This document shows positions 1 to 13,528 of a stretch of 64,000 bases of DNA, in pieces. Numbering within the stretch: the first letter of the stretch is position 1; every line of letters begins with the position of its first letter. Below the pieces are notes generated by a model that was given only the letters and a program-made list of their open reading frames with translations, was not told the origin of the DNA and ran no database searches. Both the position numbers and the translations under genes were made by a program. Source of the DNA: Eledone cirrhosa (Eukaryota); the NCBI GenBank assembly GCA_964016885.1, contig OZ024749.1, positions 13,020,001 through 13,084,000 on the forward strand, in the 5' to 3' direction.

Positions 1-960
1 TGGTTGTAGTAGTGTTGGTTGTAGTAGTGTTTGTTGTTCTAGTGGTGCTTGTAGTAGTTTTAGTGGTATTTGTAGTTGTGGATGTAGTGCTGATGTGACT
101 GACTTTCTACAGGTGTTTATAGATGAGATACAGGTGGTGATGGTGGTAGTGGTGATGGTGGTAGTTGTGGTGGATGTGGTGGTGTAGTGGTGGTGGTGGT
201 GGTGGTGGTGGTGATGGTGGTGGTGGATGTGGTGGTGGTGGTGATGGCGGTAGTGGTGGTGGATGTGGTGGTGGTGGTGTAGTGGTGGTGATGGTGGTGG
301 TGGTGGTGGGTGAGGTAGTGGTGGTGGTGGTGGTAGTTGTGGTGGATGTGGTAGTGGTGGTTGTGCTGGTGGGGTTAGTTGTGGTGGTGGTGGTGGTGGT
401 AGTGGTGGTGGTGGTAGTTGTGGTGGTGGTGATGGTGGTGGTGATGGTGGTGGTGATGGTGGTGGTGATGGTGGTTGTGCTGATGAGGGTAGTTGTGGTG
501 GTGTTGGTGGTGGTGGTGATGGTGATGGTGGTGATGGTAGTGGTGGTGGTGGTGGTGATGGTGGTTGTACTGATGGGGGTAGTTGTGCTGGTGTTGCTGG
601 TGGTGGTGATGGTGATGGTGGTGATGGTAGTGGTGGTGGTGGTGGTGGTGATGGTGGTTGTACTGATGGGGGTAGTTGTGCTGGTGTTGGTGGTGGTGGT
701 GGTGATGGTGGTGATGGTGGTGGTGGTAGTAGCGATGGTGGTGGTGATAGTGACGGTGGTGGTAGTGGTGGTGATGGTGGTGGTGGTGATTGTGTGGTTG
801 TTGTTGCAGTTGTTATTGTTGTTGTTGATGTTCGCGTGGTTGGTAATGTTGGTGTTGTAGATGTTGAATGTAGTGGTGGTGTTGTTGTTGCTGTCGTTGT
901 TGCTGTTGCTGTTGCTGCTGTTGTTGTTGTTGCTGCTGCTGGGGTTGCTGTTGTTATTGT
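1..960. repeat. (GGT/GTA/GAT/GTT)n low-complexity trinucleotide tract
   Basis: Degenerate GGT/TGT triplets; the ORFs here are poly-T/V/G artefacts. Confidence 0.95.
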
Positions 961-1059
961 TAAAGGTGATTACCAAAATGAGTCATCATATTTTTCGAAA
1001 ATCCTCCTATTGATTGGTAAGTGACCGTAAAGGTTAGTATTGAGTAATGGCGTCATCCA

Positions 1060-1780
1060 CTAACTCCCTCTACCGACCACGACCCACAATACACCACTCC
1101 ACATCATTCCACACACCACTCCACATCATTCCACACACCACACTCCACATCACTCCTATAACGCCCTCTACCGACCAAACCACACACTACACACCACACC
1201 ACTACACACCACTTGTTACCACACACCACCCCACTTCACCCCTCTAGCGCCCTCTACCGACCATACCACACCATCACACCCCACTTCATCCCTTTAGCGC
1301 CTTTAGTATGCCCGACACAGCATACCACTCCACATCAGACACCACACCACACCCCACACCACATCAGACACCACACCACTCCACACCCCACCACACCACA
1401 CACCACTCCACATCAGACACCACACACCACACCACACACCACCCCACACCCCACACCATACCACTCCACACCCCGCACCACTCCACGCACCACACCACTC
1501 CACATCAGCCACCACACCATTCCACCCCCCACCCTACACCACACCCCACGTCACACCACACACGGCGCCACCACACCACAACTCCACACACCATACCACA
1601 CACCGCTCCACTACACTCCACTAACACTTTACAATACAAACAAGACATGCGCAGTAAAGACAAGCAATAGATGGACGATCAGACCATACGACCTGCCGCT
1701 AGATGGCGCTTTGTGGTGTAAGCCGTCACATTCATATATTTCAATGGCGTTTATCATAGCCGACCTGTTAGATGGCTGTT
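1060..1780. promoter_or_regulatory. Cluster of CTCF-like motifs
   Basis: CCGCTAGATGGCGC at 1696-1709 (+); TGGTCGGTAGAGGGCGCTAG on - at ~1244-1263; weaker copies near 1065 and 1160; resemble the CTCF consensus CCASYAGRKGGCRS. Confidence 0.4.
1075..1630. repeat. (CACAC/CACCA)n low-complexity tract
   Basis: Degenerate CA-rich pentamers. Confidence 0.85.
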
Positions 1781-1884
1781 GTTTAACCCTAGGTAGGCTC
1801 CAGGTCACTTCCGATCAAACAGGCAGACCTAGGATCAAATCACTTCCAGCCGTGACCATCACGTCGTTTACTCTTAGTTGCTTG

Positions 1885-2194
1885 GTTGTGTGTGTGCGTG
1901 TGTGTGTGTGAATGTGTGTGAATGTGTGTGTGAGTGTGAATGTGTGTGTGAATGTGCGTGTGTGTGAATGTGTGTGTGAATGTGTGTGCTTATAATCGTT
2001 TTGTATGACAATCTACCACTACTAATACCACCACCACTACCACAACCACTGCTACTACTACTACCACCACCACCACCACCACTAATGCTACTATAACTAC
2101 TACAACCACTGCTACTACTACTACTACCACTGCTACTACTACTACTACTACTACTACTACAACCACCACTAATGCTACTACTACCACTACTACA

Positions 2195-2229
<35 letters not shown>

Positions 2230-3430
2230 CACTGTTACTACTACTACTACTACTACTACTTCTACTACTACTACTACTACTATCACTACTACAACTACAT
2301 TATCCAATGTGTCCTTTTTTGTTAAATCGGTAAGGTGTGATTTAAAGGACTTTGTTTCTCCCCCACACTTTCTCGATTACTCTCCCACTCTCTCTTTCTC
2401 TCTCTGTCACTCTCACACTCTCTCTGTCACTCTCCCACTCTCTCTTTCTCTCTCTGTCACTCTCCCACTCTCTCTCTCTCTCTGTCACTCTCCCACTCTC
2501 TCTTTCTCTCTCTGTCACTCTCACACTCTCTCTGTCACTCTCCCACTCTCTCTGTCACTCTCACACTCTCTCTGTCACTCTCCCACTCTCTCTTTCTCTC
2601 TCTGTCACTCTCCAACTCTCTCTTTCTCTCTCTGTCACTCTCCCACTCTCTCTCCCACTCTCTCTTTCTCTCTCTGTTACTCTCACACTCTCTCTGTCAC
2701 TCTCCCACTCTCTCTGTCACTCTCACACTCTCTCTGTCACTCTCCCACTCTCTCTGTCACTCTCACACGCTTTCTGTCACTCTCCCACTCTCTCTTTCTC
2801 TCTCTGTCACTCTCCCACTCTCTCTTTCTCTCTCTGTCACTCTGTCACTCTCTCTTTCTCACTGACGTTCTATTTCCCTTCTCTCCCCTATTATTCCATC
2901 ACTCTTCCCTTCTACACCCTCTTTTGCAACCAATCAAAAACCATGTGTCTTAGGCACAACCATCACCACCACCATTACTACCACCACCACAACAACCATC
3001 ATAACAACTACAACCACCACCACCACCACCGCCACAACAACCATCATAACCACCACAACCATCACCACTACCACCACCATCACCACCATCACCACCATCA
3101 CTACCACCAACACCACAACCATCACCACCATCACCACCACCACCACAACCATTAGTACCACCATCAGAATCACAACCATCATGACCACCCCCCCACCACC
3201 ACAACTATCACCACCAACAACCCCATCACCACCTTCGCCAATACTTTCCCCACAACCACCACTGCCATCACTACCACCACCAACACTATCACCAACAACA
3301 ACAACACGAATATTACCACTACAACCACTACCACCACCACCACCATCCATCATCATCACCATCATCACCACCATCTCCACGACCACCACTACCACCACCA
3401 CCACTACAACCACCACCCCACCACCACAAC
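1885..3430. repeat. Mixed simple repeats: (TG)n, (ACT/ACC)n, (CTCTCTGTCACT)-type, (CAC/CAA)n
   Basis: Directly visible. Confidence 0.9.
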
Positions 3431-3524
3431 TGTGCCATCTGACTCACCAAAGTCCATTTAATGTCACAATTCTTACCATTGCTGACAGTTTTACATAGAA
3501 GACCTGCTGCAGTTGAGTCTGCTG

Positions 3525-6500
3525 CAATTGCTGTTGTTGCAGCTGTACTTGTTGCTGTTGTTGCATCTCTTCCTGTTACTGCTGTTGTTGCAGCTGTACT
3601 TGTTGCTGTTGTTGCAGCTCTTGCTGTTACTGCTGTTGTTGCAGCTGTACTTGTTGCTGTTGTTGCAGCTCTTGCTGTTACTGCTGTTGTTGTAGCTGTA
3701 CTTGTTGCTGCTGTTGCAGCTCTTGCTGTTACTGCTGTTGTTGCAGCTGGACTTGTTGCTGTTGCTGCAGATCTTGCTGTTACTGCTGTTGTTGCAGCTG
3801 TACTTGTTGCTGTTGTTGCAGCTCTTGCTGTTACTGCTGTTGTTGCAGCTGTACTTGTTGCTGTTGTTGCATCTCTTCCTGTTACTGCTGTTGTTGCAGC
3901 TGTACTTGTTGCTGTTGTTGCAGCTGTACTTGTTGCTGTTGTTGCAGCTCTTGCTGTTACTGCTGTTGTTGTAGCTGTACTTGTTGCTGCTGTTGCAGCT
4001 CTTGCTGTTACTGCTGTTGTTGTAGCTGTACTTGTTGCTGTTGGTGCAGCTCTTGCTGTTACTGCTGTTGTTGCAGCTGTACTTGTTGCTGTTGTTGCAT
4101 CTCTTCCTGTTACTGCTGTTGTTGCAGCTGTACTTGTTGCTGTTGTTGCATCTCTTGCTGTTACTGCTGTTGTTGCAGCTGTACTTGTTGCTGTTGTTGC
4201 AGCTGTACTTGTTGCTGTTGTTGCAGCTCTTGCTGTTACTGCTGTTGTTGTAGCTGTACTTGTTGCTGTTGCTGCAGATCTTGCTGTTACTGCTGTTGTT
4301 GCAGCTGTACTTGTTGCTGTTGTTGCAGCTCTTGCTGTTACTGCTGTTGTTGCAGCTGTACTTGTTGCTGTTGTTGCAGTTCTTCCTGTTACTGCTGTTG
4401 TTGCAGCTGTACTTGTTGCTGTTGTTGCATCTCTTGCTGTTACTGCTGTTGTTGCAGCTGTACTTGTTGCTGTTGTTGCAGCTCTTGCTGTTACTGCTGT
4501 TGTTGTAGCTGTACTTGTTGCTGTTGTTGCAGCTCTTGCTGTTACTGCTGTTGTTGCAGCTGTACTTGTTGCTGTTGTTGCAGCTGTACTTGTTGCTGTT
4601 GTTGCATCTCTTGCTGTTACTGCTGTTGTTGCAGCTGTACTTGTTGCTGTTGTTGCATCTCTTCCTGTTACTGTTGTTGTTGCAGCTGTACTTGTTGCTG
4701 TTGTTGCATCTCTTCCTGTTACTGCTGTTGTTGCAGCTGTACTTGTTGCTGTTGTTGCATCTCTTCCTGTTACTGCTGTTGTTGCAGCTGTAATTGTTGC
4801 TGTTGTTGCATCTCTTGCTGTTACTGCTGTTGTTGCAGATGTACTTGTTGCTGTTGTTGCAGCTCTTGCTGTTACTGCTGTTGTTGCAGCTGTACTTGTT
4901 GCTGTTGTTGCAGCTCTTGCTGTTACTGCTGTTGTTGCAGTGTACTTGTTGCTGTTGTTGCAGCTCTTGCTGTTACTGCTGTTGTTGCAGCTGCACTTCT
5001 TGCTGTTGCTGCAGCTCTTGCTGTTACTGCTGTTGTTGCAGCTGTACTTGTTGCTGTTGTTGCAGCTCTTGTTGTTACTGCTGTTGTTGCAGCTGCACTT
5101 GTTGCTGTTGCTGCAGCTCTTGCTGTTACTGCTGTTGTTGCAGCTGTACTTGTTGCTGTTGTTGCAGCTCTTGCTGTTACTGCTGTTGTTGCAGCTGTAC
5201 TTGTTGCTGTTGTTGCAGCTCTTGCTGTTACTGCTGTTGTTGCAGCTGTACTTCTTGCTGTTGTTGCAGCTCTTGCTGTTACTGCTGTTGTTGCAGCTGT
5301 ACTTCTTGCTGTTGTTGCAGCTCTTGCTGTTACTGCTGTTGTTGCAGCTGCACTTGTTGCTGTAGCTCTTGCTGTTACTGCTGTTGTTGCAGCTGTACTT
5401 GTTGCTGTTGTTGCAGCTCTTGCTGTTACTGCTGTTGTTGCAGCTGTACTTCTTGCTGTTGTTGCAGCTCTTGCTGTTACTGCTGTTGTTGCAGCTGTAC
5501 TTGTTGCTGTAGCTCTTGCTGTTACTGCTGTTGTTGCAGCTGCACTTGTTGCTGTTGCTGCAGCTCTTGCTGTTACTGCTGTTGTTGCAGCTGTACTTGT
5601 TGCTGTAGCTCTTGCTGTTACTGCTGTTGTTGCAGCTGTACTTGTTGCTGTTGTTGCAGATCTTGCTATTACTGCTGTTGTTGCAGCTGTACTTGTTGCT
5701 GTTGTTGCAGCTCTTGCTGTCACTGCTGTTGTTGCAGCTGTACTTGTTGCTGTTGTTGCAGCTCTTGCTGTCACTGCTGTTGTTGCAGCTGTACTTGTTG
5801 CTGTTGTTGCAGCTCTTGCTGTTACTGCTGTTGTTGCAGCTGTACTTGTTGCTGTTGTTGCATCTCTTGCTGTTACTGCTGTTGTTGCAGCTGTAGTTGT
5901 TGCTGTTGTTGCATCTCTTGCTGTTACTGATGTTGTTGCAGCTGTACTTGTTGCTGTTGTTGCAGATATTGCTGTTACTGCTGTTGTTGCAGCTGTACTT
6001 GTTGGTGTTGTTCCATCTCTTGTTGTTACTGCTGTTGTTGCAGCTGTACTTGTTGCTGTTGTTGCTTCTCTTGCTGTTACTGATGTTATTGCAGCTGTAC
6101 TTGTTGCTGTTGTTGCAGATCTTGCTGTTACTGCTGTTGTTGCAGATGTACTTGCTGCTCTTGTTGCAGCTCTTGCTGTTACTGCTGTTGTTGCAGCTGT
6201 ACTTGTTGCTGTTGTTGCAGCTCTTGCTGTTACTGCTGTTGTTGCAGCTGTACTTGTTCCTGTTGTTGCAGCTCTTGCTGTTACTGATGTTGTTGCAGCT
6301 GTACTTGTTGCTGTTGTTGCAGCTCTTGCTGTTACTGCTGTTGTTGCAGCTGTACTTGTTGCTGTTGTTGCAGCTCTTGCTGTTACTGATGTTGTTGCTA
6401 CTGCACTTGTTGCTGCTGTTGCAGCTCTTGCTGTTACTGCTGTTGTTGCAGCTGTACTTGTTGCTGTTGTTGCAGCTCTTGCTGTTACTGATGTTGTTGC

Positions 6501-9500
6501 AGCTGTACTTGTTGCTGTTGTTGCAGCTCTTGCTGTTACTGCTGTTATTGCAGCTGTACTTGTTGCTGCAGCTCTTGCTGTTGCTGCTGTTATTGCAGCT
6601 GTACTTGTTGCTGTTGTTGCAGCTCTTGCTGTTACTGATGTTGTTGCTGCTGCACTTGTTGCTGCTGTTGCAGCTCTTGCTGTTACTGCTGTTGTTGCAG
6701 CTGTACTTGTTGCTGTTGTTGCAGCTCTTGCTGTTACTGCTGTTGTTGCAGCTGTACTTGTTGCTGTTGTTGCAGCTCTTGCTGTTACTGCTGTTATTGC
6801 AGCTGTACTTGTTGCTGCAGCTCTTGCTGTTGCTGCTGTTATTGCAGCTGTACTTGTTGCTGTTGTTGCAGCTCTTGCTGTTACTGATGTTGTTGCTGCT
6901 GCACTTGTTGCTGTTGTTGCAGCTCTTGCTGTTACTGCTGTTGTTGCAGCTGTACTTGTTGCTGTTGTTGCAGCTCTTGCTGTTACTGCTGTTGTTGCAG
7001 CTGTACTTGTTGCTGTTGTTGCAGCTCTTGCTGTTACTGCTGTTGTTGTAGCTGTACTTGTTGCTGCTGTTGCAGCTCTTGCTGTTACTGCTGTTGTTGC
7101 AGCTGGACTTGTTGCTGTTGTTGCAGCTCTTGCTGTTACTGCTGTTGTTGCAGCTGTACTTGTTGCTGTTGTTGCATCTCTTCCTGTTACTGCTGTTGTT
7201 GCAGCTGTACTTGTTGCTGTTGTTGCTGTTGTTGCAGCTGTACTTGTTGCTGTTGTTGCATCTCTTGCTGTTACTGCTGTTGTTGCAGCTGTACTTGTTG
7301 CTGTTGTTGCATCTCTTCCTGTTACTGTTGTTGTTGCAGCTGTACTTGTTGCTGTTGTTGCATCTCTTCCTGTTACTACTGTTGTTGCAGCTGTACTTGT
7401 TGCTGTTGTTGCATCTCTTCCTGTTACTGCTGTTGTTGCAGCTGTAATTGTTGCTGTTGTTGCATCTCTTGCTGTTACTGCTGTTGTTGCAGATGTACTT
7501 GTTGCTGTTGTTGCAGCTCTTGCTGTTACTGCTGTTGTTGCAGCTGTACTTGTTGCTGTTGTTGCAGCTCTTGCTGTTACTGCTGTTGTTGCAGCTGTAC
7601 TTGTTGCTGTTGTTGCAGCTCTTGCTGTTACTGCTGTTGTTGCAGCTGCACTTGTTGCTGTTGCTGCAGCTCTTGCTGTTACTGCTGTTGTTGCAGCTGT
7701 ACTTGTTGCTGTTGTTGCAGCTCTTGTTGTTACTGCTGTTGTTGCAGCTGCACTTGTTGCTGTTGCTGCAGCTCTTGCTGTTACTGCTGTTGTTGCAGCT
7801 GTACTTGTTGCTGTTGTTGCAGCTCTTGCTGTTACTGCTGTTGTTGCAGCTGTACTTCTTGCTGTTGTTGCAGCTCTTGCTGTTACTGCTGTTGTTGCAG
7901 CTGTACTTCTTGCTGTTTTTGCAGCTCTTGCTGTTACTGCTGTTGTTGCAGCTGCACTTGTTGCTGTAGCTCTTGCTGTTACTGCTGTTGTTGCAGCTGT
8001 ACTTGTTGCTGTTGTTGCAGATCTTGCTGTTACTGCTGTTGTTGCAGCTGTACTTGTTGCTGTTGTTGCAGCTCTTGCTGTTACTGCTGTTGGTGCAGCT
8101 GTACTCGTTGCTGTAGCTCTTGCTGTTACTGCTGTTGTTGCAGCTGCACTTGTTGCTGTTGCTGCAGCTCTTGCTGTTACTGCTGTTGTTGCAGCTGTAC
8201 TTGTTGCTGTTGTTGCAGCTCTTGCTGTTACTGCTGTTGTTGCAGCTGTACTTGTTGCTGTAGCTCTTGCTGTTACTGCTGTTGTTGCAGCTGTACTTGT
8301 TGCTGTTGTTGCAGATCTTGCTATTACTGCTGTTGTTGCAGCTGTACTTGTTGCTGTTGTTGCAGCTCTTGCTGTCACTGCTGTTGTTGCAGCTGTACTT
8401 GTTGCTGTTGTTGCAGCTCTTGCTGTCACTGCTGTTGTTGCAGCTGTACTTGTTGCTGTTGTTGCAGCTCTTGCTGTTACTGCTGTTGTTGCAGCTGTAC
8501 TTGTTGCTGTTGTTGCATCTCTTGCTGTTACTGCTGTTGTTGCAGCTGTAGTTGTTGCTGTTGTTGCATCTCTTGCTGTTACTCATGTTGTTGCAGCTGT
8601 ACTTGTTGCTGTTGTTGCAGATCTTGCTGTTACTGCTGTTGTTGCAGCTGTACTTGTTGGTGTTGTTCCATCTCTTGCTGTTACTGCTGTTGTTGCAGCT
8701 GTACTTGTTGCTGTTGTTGCTTCTCTTGCTGTTACTGATGTTATTGCAGCTGTACTTGTTGCTGTTGTTGCAGATCTTGCTGTTACTGCTGTTGTTGCAG
8801 ATGTACTTGCTGCTCTTGTTGCAGCTCTTGCTGTTACTGCTGTTGTTGCAGCTGTACTTGTTGCTGTTGTTGCAGCTCTTGCTGTTACTGCTGTTGTTGC
8901 AGCTGTACTTGTTGCTGTTGTTGCAGCTCTTGCTGTTACTGATGTTGTTGCAGCTGTACTTGTTGCTGTTGTTGCAGCTCTTGCTGTTACTGCTGTTGTT
9001 GCAGCTGTACTTGTTGCTGTTGTTGCAGCTCTTGCTGTTACTGCTGTTGTTGCTGCTGCACTTGTTGCTGCTGTTGCAGCTCTTGCTGTTACTGCTGTTG
9101 TTGCAGCTGTACTTGTTGCTGTTGTTGCAGCTCTTGCTGTTACTGATGTTGTTGCAGCTGTACTTGGTGCTGTTGTTGCAGCTCTTGCTGTTACTGCTGT
9201 TATTGCAGCTGTACTTTTTGCTGCAGCTCTTGCTGTTGCTGCTGTTATTGCAGCTGTACTTGTTGCTGTTGTTGCAGCTCTTGCTGTTACTGATGTTGTT
9301 GCTGCTGCACTTGTTGCTGCTGTTGCAGCTCTTGCTGTTACTGCTGTTGTTGCAGCTGTACTTGTTGCTGTTGTTGCATCTCTCTGTTACTGCTGTTGTT
9401 GCAGCTGTACTTGTTGCTGTAGGTCTTGCTGTTACTGCTGTTGTTGCAGCTGTACTTGTTGCTGTTGCTGCATCTCTTGCTGTTACTGCTGTTGCTGTTA

Positions 9501-9520
9501 CTGCTGTTGCTGTTGCTTTA
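3525..9520. repeat. 51-bp minisatellite array (GCAGCTCTTGCTGTTACTGCTGTTGTTGCAGCTGTACTTGTTGCTGTTGTT) with ~2655-bp higher-order duplication
   Basis: 17-aa periodicity in the ORF track; diagnostic variants recur at ~2655-bp offset (GTGTTGTTCCATC ~6005/~8660; TAATTG ~4791/~7445). Confidence 0.95.
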
Positions 9521-9897
9521 GCTGTTTTCATTTGTGTTGTTGCTACTGCCATTGCTGCCACTGTTCTAGCTATTTCTGTTGCTGTTGTTGTTGAGTAGTA
9601 ATAGCAGCAGTAGTAGTGTTAATAGTAGTAGTAGTAGTGCTAGTAGTTGTTGTAGTGGCAGTTGTTGTTATTTTTATGGAGTAAACAAGAAGCCAGTGCA
9701 TGTGTGGAGCTCGTTCTTGTGCATGGCCATCTTCATTTCCTTTCCGATCGCAGTAAGTAGGGAAGTGGTTCGGGAACCCATGGCACCATACGATTCCGCC
9801 GATATGGACGAAGTGAATATTTGTGGTGTGGTGCGTGGATATTTGATGTTGCGATGTTTATGCTTAAACCTTTCTCATTTACATTTCTCTCCATATT

Positions 9898-10085
9898 TAC
9901 TATTGTATTTTCACTGTAAAGGCTTTACCTCACATAATATCTACCATATCATTTACATTACTCTATATATACTATTGTATTTTCACTGTAAAGGCTTTAT
10001 CTCACATAATATCTACCATATCATTTACATTACTCTATATATACTATTGTATTTTCACTGTAAAGGCTTTATCTCACATAATATC
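9898..10085. repeat. 72-bp tandem repeat, ~2.6 copies
   Basis: TATTGTATTTTCACTGTAAAGGC at 9901, 9973, 10045. Confidence 0.9.
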
Positions 10086-10139
10086 GAATCTATGAGATTT
10101 TGATATTATTTATTTTGAGAACAATACCTTAACCTCAGT

Positions 10140-10225
10140 ATGAGTGGCTAGTTACGGCCAGTTTAAACAGAAAGGGGTGAGCGAATTCTGGCAGGATATG
10201 GCCGGTTTAAATGCTAAAGGGTTAA
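10140..10225 (-). mobile_element. Terminus of a TTAA-CCC (piggyBac-like) non-autonomous DNA element
   Basis: Minus strand reads TTAACCCTTTAGCATTTAAACCGGCCATATCC; partial second copy just upstream. Confidence 0.4.
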
Positions 10226-10680
10226 CGAACTTAAGTAAAACGAACTTAAGTAAAATGGCTACAACTGGGTGGTGTAACGTATAGATATTTTCCTCAGCCA
10301 CCTCTTCTCACATTGCTATTTTAGGATCTATGGCATGGGCTTCCGTCGGCTTCGAAGATGAGTGTTCCAGTAGTTCAATCAACAGAACAGCCTGATAGGG
10401 TATGTGATAAGGCTGGCCTAAAGAATTACTGGTACTCTCCGTTGGAAAGGCTTCCAAACATACATGGGTGGTTTCGAGATTATGGTAAAAGATAATTGCT
10501 CAAGATATGCCGTAGGATTGCCCCCACAACCTCAACATTGGGAGGTGAACTTCTTAACCATTCAGTCGCGATGTCTTCACATTTTAGGTTCCATAGTTAC
10601 TCGGAGAATTCACGCCATATCTCTTCTTCAAGAGATTATGGCACCGCCTTCTTCTCCTCCTCCTCATTATTATTATTATT

Positions 10681-10892
10681 ATTGGCAGTGCCGGTAGAGT
10701 GTTGGACAACATGCTTTACAGCATAGAGTTACGGCCCTTTACGTTCTGTGTTCAAATCACGCTGGGTTTAGCTTTGCCTTTCATCCTTATGGGGTCGATA
10801 AAATAAAGTACCAGTCACGCACTGGGGTCGAGTTAATCTACTTTCCCCTCCCGCCATATGTCTGGCTTTGTGCCTAAAGTAGAAATCATTAT
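10681..10892 (+). mobile_element. tRNA-derived SINE (cephalopod family)
   Basis: A-box-like TGGCAGTGCCGGTAG, B-box GTTCAAATC, core TTTGCCTTTCATCC..GGGGTCGATAAAATAAAGTACCAG, tail GTGCCTAAAGTAGAAATCATTATT. Confidence 0.9.
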
Positions 10893-10933
10893 TTTTCTTC
10901 TTATCCTCCTCCTTCTCTTCCTTCTCCTACTTA

Positions 10934-11035
10934 GCATCCGTCTCCAATTGATCAAGCAGGATCTCCAAGCGAGGCCAGCCCAGCTCATGAATGTTGTCCA
11001 GCCATCTAGTTCGGGGTTGGCCTAGTGGTTGGGTA
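10934..11035 (-). pseudogene. RTE-clade LINE ORF C-terminal remnant
   Basis: Manual translation PLGQPRTRWLDNIHELGWPRLEI resembles the RTE 'RPRGRPRTRW.D' motif. Confidence 0.6.
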
Positions 11036-11191
11036 TAAGGGACGGTGGAGATCCTGGTCTATGGTTCAATCCTGGCCAGGAACTCCACTTAGAGGAGGTG
11101 GGAGACGAGTCTAACCGACTTTCATTCAAATATCTAAATAAACTCATCAGAACATTTACCTCGGTTCTTCACATAAAGTACATCGCTAACA

Positions 11192-11460
11192 AGATCACAA
11201 TAAAACCAGCACAGAAGTTACACACATACATACACGCATGCGCGCGCACAACTGAATGATGACAAGGAAATATTTGTGGCGGTGACGGTACATATATATA
11301 TATACATATATCTTCTCCAACTTAACAGAGACAAATATGTATATATATATATATATACCGTCACCGCCACAAATATTTCCGTGTCATCATTCATTTGTGC
11401 GCGCGCATGTGTGTATATGTGTGCGTGTGTGAAATTTCTGTGCTGGCTTTATTGTGATCT
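11192..11460. repeat. Long imperfect inverted repeat (~120-bp arms) with a TA-rich centre
   Basis: AGATCACAATAAA..GTGGCGGTGACGGTA / TACCGTCACCGCCAC..TTTATTGTGATCT. Confidence 0.9.
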
Positions 11461-11527
11461 ATATATGTACATATATACATATTATATATGGATATACATA
11501 CATACACACAGGCAGGCACGCACACAC

Positions 11528-11590
<63 letters not shown>

Positions 11591-12384
11591 GCATAGGGTG
11601 CAATGTTAATTAGGAAATAGTTTGAAGATGCCTGGTTTGTTGGCAAATATTTCTTGAAAGTACGAGGAAACGAAAACACAAAAAAGAAAAACAAGAAGCG
11701 GAAAACGAAACACGAAATACGAAGCAGATATTTCATTGTAGATGATGGTAGTGGTGGACTGGCGGTGGTGTCGGTGGTGTTGTTGGGTGGAGAGGGCGAA
11801 CAAAATAACACGATAATAACATTACCAAAAAAATACCCCCAAATATTTTGAAATATATATAAATAAAGAGAAGAAAATATATAAAAGAAAATTAATTCTT
11901 CTTTCGAAGTAGAAGACATGTGGGAAGTTTAGTAAAAGAATGAGAAAAATGGATGGAATATGTTGGTCGCTTTATCTGCTCTTTATTTTTCTGTTAAATA
12001 AACACGAGTCAGAAATACTTAAAATCATCAACTAACGCAATGTCCTGTTGCCGTCTCTCCTCTCACCACCTCTCTCTCTGCCATCACCACCGCCGCCGCC
12101 GCCACCACCACTAGTGCCATCTCCCCTTTCCGTGTTACGTAAGAATAACTCGCTCGATTGGCTTAGCTTGAAAAACAGATTTCATTTAATTTTCAACTTG
12201 AAGAAGAAGAAGAAGAAGAAGAAGAAGAAGAAGAAGAAGATTTCCTTATGTTTTTTTTTTCTTCTGTTTCTCTACATTGAACTCCGATTTCAGTTTTACC
12301 TTTCATTCTTACAGAAGACAGATAAATAAATTTAGAATGGCGGTCTAAAGTGGAGGATTGGTGGGGTTGTTACAAAATTGAACG

Positions 12385-12645
12385 AGAAGCCTCGTGGAGG
12401 GTATTTGTCCCAGACTTCTGTGATTTCAGTTCAAATCCTAGTGAAGCCAACTTTGCATTTCATCTTTTCAAGGTTGAGAAAACATTTTCAGATCGATAGA
12501 ATGACGAAACTGTTAGAGCGTTGAACGAAATGCTTTGTGGTAAATGTTTCAGTTCTCTGCGCACTAAGTTCAAGTCCCACCGAGGTTATATTTGACTTTA
12601 ATCTGTTCATGGTGGGCGTGGGGGGTCAATAAAATAAAATACATG
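12385..12645 (+). mobile_element. Two degenerate tRNA-SINE copies
   Basis: GTTCAAATCC..AACTTTGCATTTCATC and GTTCAAGTCCCACCGAGGTT..GGGGTCAATAAAATAAA. Confidence 0.65.
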
Positions 12646-12994
12646 TGTAGGGCAAGTACATGTTAGATCGTTGAACTAGATGAATTTCGAGATTTGTTTC
12701 TGACAGGTGTTAATATTATTTTTATTGCTTTCCTTTCTTTGTCTCTGTTAAGTTGGAGAAAGCAGTGACTGTGCTAAGATAGGTTCAAGAGAGATTGACA
12801 GAGAAGGAGAGAGAATGTGTGTGAGTGAAATAGAAATAGTCAAGAGTTATACTACAGGCAGGTAAGAAGATGGCGAAATAGAGGGAATTTATAGAAGATA
12901 GATAGAAAGCGAGTGGGGGGGGGGGGGGTAAATAGAGAGAAGAGAGAGAGAGAGAGGAGGGAGAAAGAGAGAGAGAGAGAGAGGAGGAGAAAGA

Positions 12995-13033
<39 letters not shown>

Positions 13034-13194
13034 ATGAGAATTAGATATAGAGAGACAGGAGAAGGGGAAATACGGTAAATAGAAGAGGATTATTAGAAAA
13101 AAGAAAGATAGCTACAATAGAGAGGGAGAATTAAAGCTGTGACGTGATAGAATCACAAAGATATAGAGAGTGAATAATAGAAATAATTAGGAGA

Positions 13195-13528
13195 TAGAGG
13201 TGAGAGGTGGAGAGAGAAGGTGAGAGGTGTGAGAGAGAAGGTGAGAGGTGGAAGAGAAGGTGAGAGTGGGAAGAGAAGTGAGAGGGGAGAGAAGGTGAGA
13301 GGTGGGAGAGAGAAGGTGAGAGGTGGGAGAGAGGAGGTGAGAGGTGGGAGAGAGAAGGTGAGAGGTGGGAGAGAGAAGGTGAGAGGTGGGAGAGAGAAGG
13401 TGAGAGGTGGGAGAGAGGAGTGAGAGGTGGGAGAGAGAAGGTGAGAGGTGGGAGAGAGAAGGTGAGAGGTGGGAGAGAGAAGGTGAGAGGTGGGAGAGAG
13501 AAGGTGAGAGGTGGAGAGAGAAGGTGAA
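13195..13528. repeat. 21-bp minisatellite (AGGTGAGAGGTGGGAGAGAGA)
   Basis: Directly visible. Confidence 0.9.

Noticed and set aside
9579-10103. 174-aa ORF as a host gene
   Set aside because: Composed of low-complexity sequence plus a 72-bp tandem repeat; no recognisable domain
11105-11156. Minus-strand CTGATGA..GAAAGTC..GACTC hammerhead candidate
   Set aside because: Stems II and III can form but stem I cannot; at best a truncated relic
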